Positions 29,319-39,770 of a DNA stretch of 64,000 nucleotides are shown here, piece by piece. The position numbers and the translations under genes were made by a program. Within the stretch, counting starts at the first letter, position 1, and each line of letters starts with the position of its first letter. The notes below the pieces were generated by a model. It did not search any database and had not been told where the DNA came from. It worked only from the letters and a program-made list of their open reading frames with translations. This stretch comes from Fimbriimonadia bacterium (GTDB lineage: Bacteria > Armatimonadota > Fimbriimonadia > Fimbriimonadales > JABRVX01), in NCBI GenBank assembly GCA_041483895.1, contig JBGPGO010000007.1, positions 146,582 to 210,581 of the forward strand. Direction: 5' to 3'.

Positions 29319-32300
29319 ATGAGATTAATCGCAGTCACCGCAGCCCTACTCGCCGCCGGAATGGCCCTTTCGCAGGATCAGTTGGCGAAGAGTTTCCTCA
29401 ATCCACCCGATTCCGCCAAGCCGCACACCTGGTGGCACTGGATGGACGGCAACATCACCAAGGAAGGTCTGACGGCCGACCTGGAGGCGATGAAGAAGGC
29501 CGGGATCGGCGGCGCGCAAATGTTCACAGTAGCCGTCGGTATTCCGCCGGGACCGGTCGGATACATGAGCGACAAGTGGCGGGAGATGGTCAAGCATGCG
29601 GTGAAAGAGGCAGGCAGGCTTGGGATCGAACTGTGTATCCACAATTGCGCCGGTTGGTCAAGCAGCGGCGGTCCCTGGATCGATCCCGCGCACGCGATGC
29701 AGCTGATCGCCTGGTCGGAGAAAGCAGTCCACGGCCCCATGCACTTCGATGACAAGTTGGCCATGCCGAAACCGCCCTATTCCTACAAAGTCATTGACTA
29801 TCACAAGGATATAGTCGTGCTCGCCTTCCCGACTCCCAAGCCGTTCAAGGTCGAGGGGTTGAACGGGAGGTCCGGCGCTTCCCGCGGACCGGACAACCTG
29901 TATCCGGACGTAACCCCCGTTCCCGACGGAGTGGCAATTTCGCGCGAAAAGATTCTGGTAATCAGCGAGAAGATGGACGAGTCCGGCCGGCTGGTGTGGG
30001 ACGTGCCCGATGGCGATTGGACGATTTTGCGAATCGGATACACCCCGACCGGCAAGGACAACCATCCCGCGCCGCCGGAGGGCGATGGGTTGGAAGTGGA
30101 TAAGCTGAGCCGCGAGGCCCTCGACGTGCACTGGAACGGGATGATGGCGAAGATCATCGCCGACCTCGGGCCGCTTGCCGGCAAGGTGCTCAACAACTCG
30201 CTCATCGACAGCTATGAGGTGGACAGCCAGAACTGGACGCCCAAAATGCGGGAGGAGTTTCAGCAACGGCGGGGATACGATCTTCTCACGTACCTGCCTG
30301 TCGTTTGTGGCAAGATTGTTGACAGCCATGAGATGAGCGAACGGTTCCTGTGGGACTTGCGGCGAACGATCGGCGACCTGTTCGCGGACAACTACTACGC
30401 TTACTTCCGCGATCTCTGCCACAAGGCGGGGCTCAAATTTTCCACCGAGCCTTATGGCAATGGGACGTTTGACAACGCGCAGTGCGGCGGAATAGCCGAC
30501 ATCCCAATGGGCGAATTTTGGGTCGGCGGCGGGGCGATTGAAACGACAAAGCTTGCCTCCTCAATCGGCCACGTCTATGGCCATCCAGTTATCGGGGCGG
30601 AATCATTCACGGCGGACGACAACGTCGGCCGATATCTGGTTGAGCCGTATGGCATCAAGGCTCTGGGCGACAAGATCTTTTGCAACGGAATCAACCGTTA
30701 TATTTTCCATAGATATGCGCACCAGCCGTGGATGAATTTGAAGCCGGGAATGACCATGGGCCCGTGGGGAATGCATCTGGACCGCACGGAGACATGGTGG
30801 GACGACGCATCCGCCTGGCTGAAGTACGTCGCGCGCTGCCAGTACCTGTTGCAGCAGGGCCACTTCGTGGCGGACGCGCTCTATTTCTATGGCGAAGGCG
30901 CCCCCAATGATCTTCCCTACGGTGATGCGCTGCTGCCGGCGATGCCGAAGGGATATGATTACGACGGCTGCGACGCCACGATCGTCATGAATCGCATCAC
31001 CGTCAAGAACGGGCGCATTGTTCTTCCCGACGGCACATCCTATTCCATCCTCATCCTGCCCGATTCGCAGTTCATGACCCCGCGGATGGCGCGAAGGGTC
31101 CGCGATTTGGTTCGGCAGGGTGCGGTCGTCTACGGTCCGAAGCCGACGATGTCGCCAAGTCTCAACGGATACCCAACCTGCGATGATGAGGTCGCGAAGA
31201 TTGGCGACGAGGTTTGGGGGAAATTCAACGGGAAGACAGTGTTAATCGGCTCCTACGGAAGCGGGCGCGTCATCTGGGGCAAATCGCTCAACGAAGTCCT
31301 CACCGATTTGGGTGATGATCCGGATTTGCAATATCAGGGATTGAACGGCGGCGCGAATCTGGCGCATATCCATCGAAATATCGACGGCGCAGACGTCTAT
31401 TTTGTTGCCAATCAGCAAAATCGCGCCGTGCGGGTTGATTGCAGCTTTCGTGTGGCGGGCAAGGCTCCTGAGCTTTGGTTTCCAGAAACGGGCAGGACCA
31501 TGCCGGCCCCGATCTATCGTCCCGACAAATATCGCACGTCGGTGACCATGAATCTCGGTCCCGTGGAGTCGGTCTTTGTTATTTTCCGAAAGGGTGATTC
31601 GGCAGACCACTATCCGAACCTGACCTTTGTTCCGCAAGGACAGGAATCGGAGACGCCTCAAACCATCGTCATCAAGTCCGCCCGATATGGAACGGAGGAC
31701 GGACGCGGGGTAGATGTGACGGCAAAGGTGCAGCAGATGGTGTCGGAAGGCCAATACGAGATTCACGCGACGAATGGCATGTTTGGCGATCCGGTGGTCA
31801 ACGTTCAGAAGCGATTGGTCGTGCAGTACGAGCTGAATGGCAAGCCGATGGACAAGACGGTCCCCGAGAACGGGACAATCGCGATTCTCGTAACCAACGA
31901 CAATCCTTACACGTTCCCGGAATTTGATCTGATTCGGGACAGCAAAGGAATGGTTGCGGCGTTGCCGTGGAAAGCCGGGACGTTCGAGTGGACGCCATTG
32001 GTAGCCGCACAAAAGAAGATACCGGTTGCGAACGATGCGGACGCTGTGAACATTGCTGGACCGTGGACAGTCAATTTCGCGAAAGGGTGGGGCGCGCCGC
32101 CGACGGTGCACTTTGCCGACCTGCATTCATGGCCAATGGATACGGATGATGGCGTAAAGTATTTTTCCGGCACCGCAACGTACATCAAGCAATTTTCGGT
32201 ACCGGCAGCCATGATCGGCCAGGGCCGCTCCGTTTGGCTCGACCTTGGCAAAGTGAAGAACTTTGCGCGGGTTCGCGTGAACGGTAAGGATTTGGGGATT

Positions 32301-32615
32301 CTTTGGAAGCCGCCGTTCCGCGTCGAGGTGACCGGAATCGTGAAGGCCGGTTCCAACAATCTAGAGATTGCAATCACCAATCTGTGGCCGAACCGGCTGA
32401 TTGGGGACGAGCAGCTTCCGCCGGACGTGGAGTGGGCGGGGGCGCGGCTGAAGGAGTGGCCCGACTGGCTGAAGAACGGCAAGCCTCGCCCAAAGACCGG
32501 CCGGCTGGCGTTCACCACTTGGCACTTTTACAACAAGGATTCTCCGCTGTTGGAGTCGGGGTTGATCGGTCCGGTTGCGTTGCGATCAGCGCGGGTCTTG
32601 TCATTGAATCCGTAG
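29319..32615 (+). CDS. Alpha-L-rhamnosidase-like glycoside hydrolase (GH106)
   Basis: KPHTWWHWMDGNI, GWSSSGGPWI, IDSYE, PMGEFW, GAESFT and NLWPNRLIGD. Confidence 0.88.
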   Translation: MRLIAVTAALLAAGMALSQDQLAKSFLNPPDSAKPHTWWHWMDGNITKEGLTADLEAMKKAGIGGAQMFTVAVGIPPGPVGYMSDKWREMVKHAVKEAGRLGIELCIHNCAGWSSSGGPWIDPAHAMQLIAWSEKAVHGPMHFDDKLAMPKPPYSYKVIDYHKDIVVLAFPTPKPFKVEGLNGRSGASRGPDNLYPDVTPVPDGVAISREKILVISEKMDESGRLVWDVPDGDWTILRIGYTPTGKDNHPAPPEGDGLEVDKLSREALDVHWNGMMAKIIADLGPLAGKVLNNSLIDSYEVDSQNWTPKMREEFQQRRGYDLLTYLPVVCGKIVDSHEMSERFLWDLRRTIGDLFADNYYAYFRDLCHKAGLKFSTEPYGNGTFDNAQCGGIADIPMGEFWVGGGAIETTKLASSIGHVYGHPVIGAESFTADDNVGRYLVEPYGIKALGDKIFCNGINRYIFHRYAHQPWMNLKPGMTMGPWGMHLDRTETWWDDASAWLKYVARCQYLLQQGHFVADALYFYGEGAPNDLPYGDALLPAMPKGYDYDGCDATIVMNRITVKNGRIVLPDGTSYSILILPDSQFMTPRMARRVRDLVRQGAVVYGPKPTMSPSLNGYPTCDDEVAKIGDEVWGKFNGKTVLIGSYGSGRVIWGKSLNEVLTDLGDDPDLQYQGLNGGANLAHIHRNIDGADVYFVANQQNRAVRVDCSFRVAGKAPELWFPETGRTMPAPIYRPDKYRTSVTMNLGPVESVFVIFRKGDSADHYPNLTFVPQGQESETPQTIVIKSARYGTEDGRGVDVTAKVQQMVSEGQYEIHATNGMFGDPVVNVQKRLVVQYELNGKPMDKTVPENGTIAILVTNDNPYTFPEFDLIRDSKGMVAALPWKAGTFEWTPLVAAQKKIPVANDADAVNIAGPWTVNFAKGWGAPPTVHFADLHSWPMDTDDGVKYFSGTATYIKQFSVPAAMIGQGRSVWLDLGKVKNFARVRVNGKDLGILWKPPFRVEVTGIVKAGSNNLEIAITNLWPNRLIGDEQLPPDVEWAGARLKEWPDWLKNGKPRPKTGRLAFTTWHFYNKDSPLLESGLIGPVALRSARVLSLNP

Positions 32616-32623
32616 GTTGCATC

Positions 32624-32792
32624 TCCCTTCATAGTACGACTATGAAGGGATGTTCCTATCTCTTTCCTCTCCCTCAACGCGGGTCTTGGTGTGAGCCAAA
32701 TGCAAGGGACCGGCAAAACGACCCGCGTCTACTATGCCGAAACTGTGAAGGGATGGGATTCACTTCGATACCTTCACAGTCGCACTGTGAAG
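32624..32792. repeat. Cluster of CTTCACAGT-N3-ACTGTGAAG-type palindromes (REP-like)
   Basis: TCCCTTCATAGT-acg-ACTATGAAGGGA (32624-32650), CTTCACAGT-cgc-ACTGTGAAG (32772-32792) and a half copy near 32743. A related copy lies at 18612-18654. Confidence 0.7.
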
Positions 32793-32800
32793 AGCAATCG

Positions 32801-33694
32801 CTATTTTTCGCTCTTCGGGTTCGGTTTGCAGCCGCCTTCTCCGGTGGCGCGGACGTGGGCTTTGTGCTTATCCTCGATGCCCTTATACGCATACGGATCG
32901 ATGCCGGCGATAAGCACGATGTCGCGATTATCCGTGTTCGCGAAGTGCCTGCCTTCCTCTACCCGTCCCCAAGGGAGGAGCGACTCCGCGCTCATATAAT
33001 GGTTGACCAGCACTCGCCGATACCCGGCTGCCGCCCGATTCGGCTGCGAGCGATGGAGCAGATAGCCGTTGAAGAACAGAATGGTCCCCGCCTCGACCTC
33101 CACCGGGATCTCATCCTTCTCCGAGTAGGGAAATCCAAAGGTTTCCTCGGCGCAGTCGAAGCGGCGGTCATCGTGCTCGTGCTGCGGCCACAGGATGCCG
33201 TGCTTGTGCGATCCCGGGATGACCCAAAGGGTGCCGTTCTCGACGGTCGCATCGTCTAAGGCGATCCAAGCGCCGGTAAGTGACCGGTCGCGCGTTGGAA
33301 TATAGACCTCATCCTGGTGCCATGCCTGTCCGGGCTTGCCTGCCGCCTTGATAAACAGCATGCTTTGCATGCACTTTACATTCGGGCCGATCGCCTTGGT
33401 CAAGACATCGCCGATGACCGGATGACCGAGATACTTGAACATGACCTGCGAAATCTTGTGCGGGAAATGGATGCAGAGGAAGCGCTTGAGGATGTCGTCC
33501 TCTCTGTCGCCCGCCTCGGTCGGGACGAAGCCGTGATAGTCGCCGTAGTCTCCCCGGCAGATTTGGGTCGCATCTTTTCGCAACTCCTTAATTTCTTCTA
33601 TGCTCAGGGCGCCGGGCACCGCGAGGAAGCCGCTTTCGCGGAAGAAAGCGATGTCATTATCGGTGATCGTCGGGTAGGCGTGTGTTGTTGGCAT
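32801..33694 (-). CDS. Phytanoyl-CoA dioxygenase (PhyH) family Fe/2-OG dioxygenase
   Basis: WHQD, AWIALDDATVENGTLWVIPGSH and LLHRS. Confidence 0.92.
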   Translation of the reverse strand: MPTTHAYPTITDNDIAFFRESGFLAVPGALSIEEIKELRKDATQICRGDYGDYHGFVPTEAGDREDDILKRFLCIHFPHKISQVMFKYLGHPVIGDVLTKAIGPNVKCMQSMLFIKAAGKPGQAWHQDEVYIPTRDRSLTGAWIALDDATVENGTLWVIPGSHKHGILWPQHEHDDRRFDCAEETFGFPYSEKDEIPVEVEAGTILFFNGYLLHRSQPNRAAAGYRRVLVNHYMSAESLLPWGRVEEGRHFANTDNRDIVLIAGIDPYAYKGIEDKHKAHVRATGEGGCKPNPKSEK

Positions 33695-33726
33695 GTTGTT
33701 TCCTCATTCTATCACGAAAAGTTACT

Positions 33727-33838
33727 TTGTCATTCCGAGCCTGTCGAGGAATCCCTCTCTGGAGGCTATGTGATCTGACAGCGTTCGCTGAAGTCGAGAG
33801 GTTCTGAAAGAGATTCCCCGACAGGCTCGGAATGACAA
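33727..33838. repeat. 27-bp inverted repeat (GTCATTCCGAG-type REP/MITE-like element)
   Basis: TTGTCATTCCGAGCCTGTCGAGGAATC (33727-33753) and GATTCCCCGACAGGCTCGGAATGACAA (33812-33838), with one mismatch. Confidence 0.8.
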
Positions 33839-33869
33839 CTTCAACGTGTTCAGAATGACAGCTCCGTTA

Positions 33870-34643
33870 CTATTGAAGAAGTGCCCTTACAAACGCCTCT
33901 GCCTGTGCCGGTAGGTCGCCGGCCTCACGCATGTCGTGGAGGAACTGGACGAGAGCGCTGCCGACGACCGCGCCGTCGGCGAAGGCCTGAATGGCGCGAA
34001 CATCGTCTACCGTGCGGATGCCAAAACCGACCACCGCAGGGGTCTGCGTCGCGGCTTCTACCTGTTCGACAAGGGCCTTCGTGTCATCGAGCGCTGCGGA
34101 ACCGACGCCGGTGACCCCGGTTCGAGAGACGCAATAGACAAAACCCGTCGACAGCCGGCACGCCAATTCGATGCGATCCGGCGTGCTGGTGGGCGCGAGG
34201 AGAAAGATGGTGTCGAGTCCGGCGCCGTTCGCCGCCGTCTTCCACGGACCGGCCTCCTCAGGCGTGAGGTCGGTGACGATGACTCCGTCGGCGCCCGCCT
34301 CTTTCGCGCGGTTGGCAAACGCTTCCAGGCCGATGCGAAGAACCGGATTGTAGTAGGTCATCAGCACAATCGGCACATCGGTCTTCTCCCGTGTTTCGGC
34401 CAATTTATCAATGATCTGCCCCACGCGCACGCCACGATCGAGGGCCCGTTGGGAGCTTGCCTGGATGGTCGGTCCATCGGCTATCGGGTCGCTGAACGGG
34501 ATGCCGATCTCCACCGCGTCCGCTCCACCCTTGGCGAGCGACGCGACGATCTCCGGCAGTTGCGCGATATCCGGATCGCCGGCGGTGACGAAGCAGATGA
34601 GGGATTTCTTTCCAGGCTGGGCGAGGCGTTCGAGTCGGGACAT
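33870..34643 (-). CDS. trpA: Tryptophan synthase alpha subunit
   Basis: FVTAGDP, EIGIPFSDPIADGPTIQ, LMTYYNP, SRTGVTG, VGFGI and ADGAVVGSA. Confidence 0.96.
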   Translation of the reverse strand: MSRLERLAQPGKKSLICFVTAGDPDIAQLPEIVASLAKGGADAVEIGIPFSDPIADGPTIQASSQRALDRGVRVGQIIDKLAETREKTDVPIVLMTYYNPVLRIGLEAFANRAKEAGADGVIVTDLTPEEAGPWKTAANGAGLDTIFLLAPTSTPDRIELACRLSTGFVYCVSRTGVTGVGSAALDDTKALVEQVEAATQTPAVVGFGIRTVDDVRAIQAFADGAVVGSALVQFLHDMREAGDLPAQAEAFVRALLQ

Positions 34644-34653
34644 GGGCTTCAGT

Positions 34654-35736
34654 TTACTCGGCAGCAAGCATATCCATGAGGCGGTCGTTGATAAAGAGCA
34701 CATCGCGGCCCATTTGACGGCGTCTGAGCACTCCGATATCTTCCAGTTGAGATAAATATCTGGCAGCGGTGTTTCGCGAGGCTATTCCCGCGCGTTCCAA
34801 TGTCGTTGACCGAATATATGGCAATTGGAAAACGAGATCGATTAGCTCGCGACTGTATCGGCGTCCCAACTTTTCCATTGCCAGTTCGCAGGTCTCCTTT
34901 ATCGCTGCTCGAATTTGCTCCAAACGTCTGCGTGTCCCGGTGGCGGTTTCGCGAATCGCTTCCAACAAATAGAGAATCCAGGGTTCCCACATTTCCAGTT
35001 CCGTCACGTCTCGCAGATGGCGATAATATGCCGCACGATTTTCTAAGATGTAGTGACTCAAGTACAGCACAGGTACTTCAAGCAGTTTGTTCTGAAGCAT
35101 CGTGAGAATATTTATCACCCTGCCGACTCGACCATTTCCATCCGGAAATGGGTGGATGGCTTCGAATTGATAATGCGCCACCGCCATTTTGATCAATGGA
35201 TCCACACCGTCGTCAATTGCGAGATAATCACAGAGGTTCTGTAGAAGGCTACTTATCAGGTCCTTTCCAAAGGGAGGCGTATAAACGATATCGCCTGATA
35301 CGCTAGCGGCAAGTCTTGTTCCGGGGCCCGCGCGAAGATCGAATACGGGAGACTTAATGATCTTGGCCAACTCGATAATTAAGGACGTATCGATTGCGGG
35401 CTGCTGGTGCAACGTGCGATAGCCATGCCAGACCGCCTGCTCGTATCTAAGGACTTCCTTTGCTTGAGGACTTTTGGCATCGGTGTTGTCTGCCAGGGGA
35501 ACGTATAAAGCATCGTTTGTGGTTACGACGTTTTCTATCTCGGAAGATAGTTTCGCCTCTTGAATTACGGCGGCTCTCAATAGAATGGATTGATTCGGGA
35601 TGGACTGACCGAGGGTGTTCAACTCCGCGAGCGCCAAACGAGCCGGCAGTAGTTCGAGAAGAATCTGTTTTGTTACCACGTCCTTCGTCGGAGGCAATGG
35701 CGGTAAATCGTTGTATGGTTCTTCGCGATCGAACAT
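34654..35736 (-). CDS. Fic family protein (class II, N-terminal inhibitory motif)
   Basis: FEAIHPFPDGNGRVGR catalytic motif, SSEIEN matching (S/T)xxxE(G/N), and a C-terminal HTH. Confidence 0.93.
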   Translation of the reverse strand: MFDREEPYNDLPPLPPTKDVVTKQILLELLPARLALAELNTLGQSIPNQSILLRAAVIQEAKLSSEIENVVTTNDALYVPLADNTDAKSPQAKEVLRYEQAVWHGYRTLHQQPAIDTSLIIELAKIIKSPVFDLRAGPGTRLAASVSGDIVYTPPFGKDLISSLLQNLCDYLAIDDGVDPLIKMAVAHYQFEAIHPFPDGNGRVGRVINILTMLQNKLLEVPVLYLSHYILENRAAYYRHLRDVTELEMWEPWILYLLEAIRETATGTRRRLEQIRAAIKETCELAMEKLGRRYSRELIDLVFQLPYIRSTTLERAGIASRNTAARYLSQLEDIGVLRRRQMGRDVLFINDRLMDMLAAE

Positions 35737-35949
35737 GCACACAAAATACCTGGTTTTTTCAATCAAAGGGCGGAATCCGCGCAAATCTTAGGCATATGCA
35801 AGTCAATCTGCCCAGAAAATACCTTGTTTTTGGGCAGATCGGTCCGGACATGCCCAGAACTTGGGCATGTTTCCATGCTTATGCACAGCAAATACTGGGT
35901 TTTTGGGCACTTCAACCGAAAGGAGCCACCGAGTATAATCCCAGCCAAG

Positions 35950-36399
35950 ATGGACCGGCCAAGCTGGGATGCTTATTTCATGCGGATCGCCCACGATGTT
36001 TCCACCCGGGCGACATGCCTGCGGAGGAAGGTCGGGGCGGTAATCGTGGCGGAAAAGCGGATTTTGACGACCGGTTACAACGGCGCGCCGCACGGCCTGC
36101 CCCACTGCACCGAGGTGGGCTGCAAGCTGGATAACGGACACTGCATCCGCACCCTGCACGCGGAGCAGAACGCCATCGCTCAGGCCGCGCTCTTCGGCGT
36201 CAGCTGTTTGGGTTCCGGTCTTTATGTCACTTGTCAGCCCTGCAACAACTGCGCCAAGATGATCATAAACGCCGGCATCAAGAAGGTGGTTTTCGAGGGC
36301 GATTATCCCGACCCGTTCGCCTTGGAGCTATTCGAGTTCGCCCAGGTGGAGCTGTTTCGGTACGGGGAAGACACTATTGAAAAGGTGCCGCTCGGATGA
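35950..36399 (+). CDS. dCMP deaminase family protein
   Basis: RPSWDAYFM, TGYNGAP, HAEQNAI and PCNNC Zn ligands. Confidence 0.93.
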   Translation: MDRPSWDAYFMRIAHDVSTRATCLRRKVGAVIVAEKRILTTGYNGAPHGLPHCTEVGCKLDNGHCIRTLHAEQNAIAQAALFGVSCLGSGLYVTCQPCNNCAKMIINAGIKKVVFEGDYPDPFALELFEFAQVELFRYGEDTIEKVPLG

Positions 36400-37502
36400 T
36401 CGTCCAGATACTGATCATCGGCTTTGTCTCCCTACTGACCTCTCTGTTGCTGACCCCATTCGTCCGGAGGTGGGCGGTCGCAAAGGGGATCACGGACGAT
36501 CCGGCTGACCCGCGCCGCATGCACAAGACGGCGATGCCGCGTTGGGGCGGGCTGGCGATCGGCGCGGCTACCCTGGTTGGGGCGACGGTGGCCCGTTTTG
36601 GATTTGGTTTCGGTCAGGGACCGGAGAGCACGGCATTCGAGGGCGTTCTGCTGGTCGGGGTTGCGGTCCTCCTGATGGGGGCGCTCGACGATAAGCTCGA
36701 CTTCTCGGCAGGCACTCAGGCAATCTTCCTCCTGCTTTGCGGCCTCGTCGTGCAGCTATTTGGGGTTCAAATCACCGGAGTCTCAAGACCTTGGCATGGG
36801 CCAGGCGAATCGAATTGGTTCCCGCTCGGCAACTGGGCCTGGCCGGTCACCGCGATCTGGATGTTCGTCGTCTCCAAGACGATGGATACGATTGATGGAT
36901 TGGACGGCTTGGCTGCGGGGATTGCCGCTATTTCCGCCACAACGCTTGCCATCTTGGCCCTTCAATATCACCCGCCCATGGCAGCCGCGGCGGCGCTGGC
37001 GGCTGCGGTTTGTGGGGCCTGCATCGGGTTTTTGCGGCACAATTACAATCCGGCAAAAATCATCATGGGCACTGGGGGAGCGCAGTTCCTCGGGTTTACC
37101 TTGGCGGGTCTGAGCGTCATCGGGGCGTCCAAGACCGCGGCGGTGGTTACCGTCGGGATTCCCGTCCTGATCTTCGCAATTCCGATTTTCGACGCATTTT
37201 TCGTGGTTTTTCGGCGCATTTTGCACCGACAACCGATATATAAGGCGGACAAACGCCACATTCACCATCACCTGATCAGCAAGGGACTTTCGCAACGCCA
37301 GACGGTTCTGGTGCTGTATGCTGTTGCAATCGTCCTTTGCGCCACAGCGTTATGGATATTTGGGAAATCACGCGATGACAGACATTCAACCGGGCAGGTC
37401 GCCTCTTTCGGTACTAACAGTTTTCGGGACCCGGCCGGACGCCATCAAGATGGCGCCGGTTATCAAGGAGCTGGCGCGATTTCCCGATCAAGTACGGCTT
37501 AG
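36396..37502 (+). CDS. Undecaprenyl-phosphate GlcNAc-1-phosphate transferase (MraY/WecA/TagO family)
   Basis: MPRWGG, GALDD, IDGLDGLAAG, NYNPAKIIMG and ADKRHIHH. Confidence 0.9.
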   Translation: MIVQILIIGFVSLLTSLLLTPFVRRWAVAKGITDDPADPRRMHKTAMPRWGGLAIGAATLVGATVARFGFGFGQGPESTAFEGVLLVGVAVLLMGALDDKLDFSAGTQAIFLLLCGLVVQLFGVQITGVSRPWHGPGESNWFPLGNWAWPVTAIWMFVVSKTMDTIDGLDGLAAGIAAISATTLAILALQYHPPMAAAAALAAAVCGACIGFLRHNYNPAKIIMGTGGAQFLGFTLAGLSVIGASKTAAVVTVGIPVLIFAIPIFDAFFVVFRRILHRQPIYKADKRHIHHHLISKGLSQRQTVLVLYAVAIVLCATALWIFGKSRDDRHSTGQVASFGTNSFRDPAGRHQDGAGYQGAGAISRSSTA

Positions 37503-38529
37503 GCTGGTCTCCAGCGGCCAGCATCGAGAGATGCTGCGGCAAGTGATGGACACGTTCGAAATCGAGCCGGATATCGATTTGGACATCATGCAGCATGGGC
37601 AGACGCTTGCGGGCATCCTCACTCGCTCGCTCAACGGTCTGTCCGAGGTTATTGCGGAGGGGAAGCCGGACCTTGTGATTGCCCAGGGTGACACAAGCAC
37701 CACTTTCGCCGCCTCCCTCGCCTCCCATTATAATCGCACCAAGTTCGCCCATGTGGAGGCGGGGCTGCGCACCCACGATCTGTACAATCCGTTTCCGGAA
37801 GAGGCCAATCGCCGTCTGACCGCCCAGATTGCGGATTTCCACTTTGCGCCCACCGATCTTGCCCGCCGAAACCTGATTGCCGAGGGGATTTCAGAGGATC
37901 GAATCTGGGTCACCGGGAATACGGGGATTGACGCTGTGAAGATCGCGGCCAACCGAATTCCGGACGCGGCGACGGGCAGCCGAATGGTGCTGGTTACCGC
38001 CCATCGCCGGGAAAACTGGGGAGAGCCGATGCGTGACATCTGCCGAGCCATTTTGCAGCTTCTCGATCGGTTCGAAGATATCGAGGTCGTGCTGCCGATG
38101 CACAAGAATCCCGATGTGCGGGCGATCCTTACCGACGAACTTGGGCATCATCCTCGCGTGAGTTTGACCGAACCGCCCGAATATGCGGAATTCGTGGCCC
38201 TTATGAAACGGGCGACTCTGATCCTCACCGACTCCGGTGGCGTGCAGGAAGAGGCGCCGGGGTTAGGGAAACCTGTGCTCGTGCTGCGAAAAACAACGGA
38301 ACGGCCGGAGGGTTTGGGCGCGGGCGTCGCTCGGCTGGTCGGCACCGATCCGGCGGCTATCCTTTCGGAGGCCTCGGAACTTCTCTCTTCGGAAACGGCC
38401 TATCATCGCATGGCGCAGGCAGTCAACCCGTATGGCGATGGCCTTGCCTCGGCCCGAATACGGACCGCGATTTTCCAGGAATACAGCATCGCCTGCGATG
38501 CTGAACCGGTGGCGCAATGGCAATCATAG
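37375..38529 (+). CDS. wecB: UDP-N-acetylglucosamine 2-epimerase
   Basis: VFGTRPDAIKMAP, QGDT, HVEAGLRT, PFPEE, TAHRREN, TDSGGVQEE and NPYGDG. Confidence 0.95.
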   Translation: MTDIQPGRSPLSVLTVFGTRPDAIKMAPVIKELARFPDQVRLRLVSSGQHREMLRQVMDTFEIEPDIDLDIMQHGQTLAGILTRSLNGLSEVIAEGKPDLVIAQGDTSTTFAASLASHYNRTKFAHVEAGLRTHDLYNPFPEEANRRLTAQIADFHFAPTDLARRNLIAEGISEDRIWVTGNTGIDAVKIAANRIPDAATGSRMVLVTAHRRENWGEPMRDICRAILQLLDRFEDIEVVLPMHKNPDVRAILTDELGHHPRVSLTEPPEYAEFVALMKRATLILTDSGGVQEEAPGLGKPVLVLRKTTERPEGLGAGVARLVGTDPAAILSEASELLSSETAYHRMAQAVNPYGDGLASARIRTAIFQEYSIACDAEPVAQWQS

Positions 38530-39650
38530 ACACTCGCTCCTCTATGGGCTGGTTCGCGCCGCTGTGGAACGTGGTGTGGCGGGTTGCCATTGCCGTCGGC
38601 ATCCTTTGGTTTTTATCCCGGATTCTCGGTGTTGTCGCGATGTTCTTGGTTTCCGGAGCCTTCGCCTACTTCGTCTGGCTCGGCGTCGGGTTCCTCATCC
38701 GCCTGAACTGGGGTCCGTTCAACCACTGGGGCGGAAAAGTGAAGCGGGTGATTGCGTGCATCCTCTGCTACATATTGCTAATTCTCTTCCTCTGGTTTGT
38801 GGGGGTTCAGATCTCCAAGCCGGTGAAGCAGGGTTTTGCCACTCTGAAGGATAATTGGTCGAGCTACTCGGCAAGGTTTGCGGAGTACACGGCGGACGCG
38901 ACGGACTTTTATGAAAAGAATGTGCCGGAGCCGATTCGAAGTTTCCTTGGCGACTGGAGGCTGCATTTCTTCGACGAGCGCGCATCGGTCCCCGGGCAAG
39001 CTCCGCGTTCCCCGTTTGCATGGATTTCAACGGTCGTGGAGTTGGTGCTGGTGCCGGTCCTCGCATTCTTTTTCATCGTCGATGGCCGGTCCATCAAGAA
39101 GGAAGTTCTTGAGCTGATACCCAGAAATCGCGTCCGAAAAGCGCTCAAGATCTCCCAGGAAACAAACCAAGTGATGATCGCATACACCAAGAGTCAGGTC
39201 ATTCTATGCGTACTTGCCGGACTGGTTACGTATGGCATCTTCTTGCTTCGCCCGGAATGGCGGCCGTATGCGGCGGTGGTAGGGATATATGCCGGATTGA
39301 CCCGCGCGATTCCCCTCGTTGGACCCATCATAGGCGGCATTCCCATCATTTTGCTCGCGGGGGTGTCATCCGGCAGCCCCGTTGTGGCGGCATGGGTCAC
39401 CGGCGGCTTTACAGCCATGCACTTCTTGGAGAGCAAGGCCGTCTTCCCTCTCATCGTCGGGCATCGGGTGGAGATGCACGCGGTGCTTGTCATCACATCG
39501 CTTCTTGTCGCCTACGAATTCTTTGGAATTTTCGGGATGTTTTTCGGACCGCCGGTCGCCGCTATCGCGCGCAACGTGATCGTGGGATCGATACGCAAGC
39601 GGCGGAGCGTCGAGGCGAGGGTGACTCCGGAGCTTATGCGTGCCGGCTGA
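38517..39650 (+). CDS. AI-2E family transporter
   Basis: Multi-TM protein with FFFIVDG, IPLVGPIIG, P.IVG.RVEMH and FFGIFGMFFGPP. Confidence 0.85.
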   Translation: MAIIDTRSSMGWFAPLWNVVWRVAIAVGILWFLSRILGVVAMFLVSGAFAYFVWLGVGFLIRLNWGPFNHWGGKVKRVIACILCYILLILFLWFVGVQISKPVKQGFATLKDNWSSYSARFAEYTADATDFYEKNVPEPIRSFLGDWRLHFFDERASVPGQAPRSPFAWISTVVELVLVPVLAFFFIVDGRSIKKEVLELIPRNRVRKALKISQETNQVMIAYTKSQVILCVLAGLVTYGIFLLRPEWRPYAAVVGIYAGLTRAIPLVGPIIGGIPIILLAGVSSGSPVVAAWVTGGFTAMHFLESKAVFPLIVGHRVEMHAVLVITSLLVAYEFFGIFGMFFGPPVAAIARNVIVGSIRKRRSVEARVTPELMRAG

Positions 39651-39770
39651 CCACAATGCTCGTAGCAGCGGGTTCGATCCCCGGCCCCTTCCTCGGCCAC
39701 CCACCCTCATACCCGCTGAATGGGGAGTTATGATGCGACACATGGATCCGCGACTACAAGGGGTATGTTG

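Noticed and set aside
37375..37502. 128-bp overlap of the wecA-like gene and wecB as a functional overlapping gene
   Set aside because: The tail is low-information and most simply explained by a lost stop codon; both core domains are intact.
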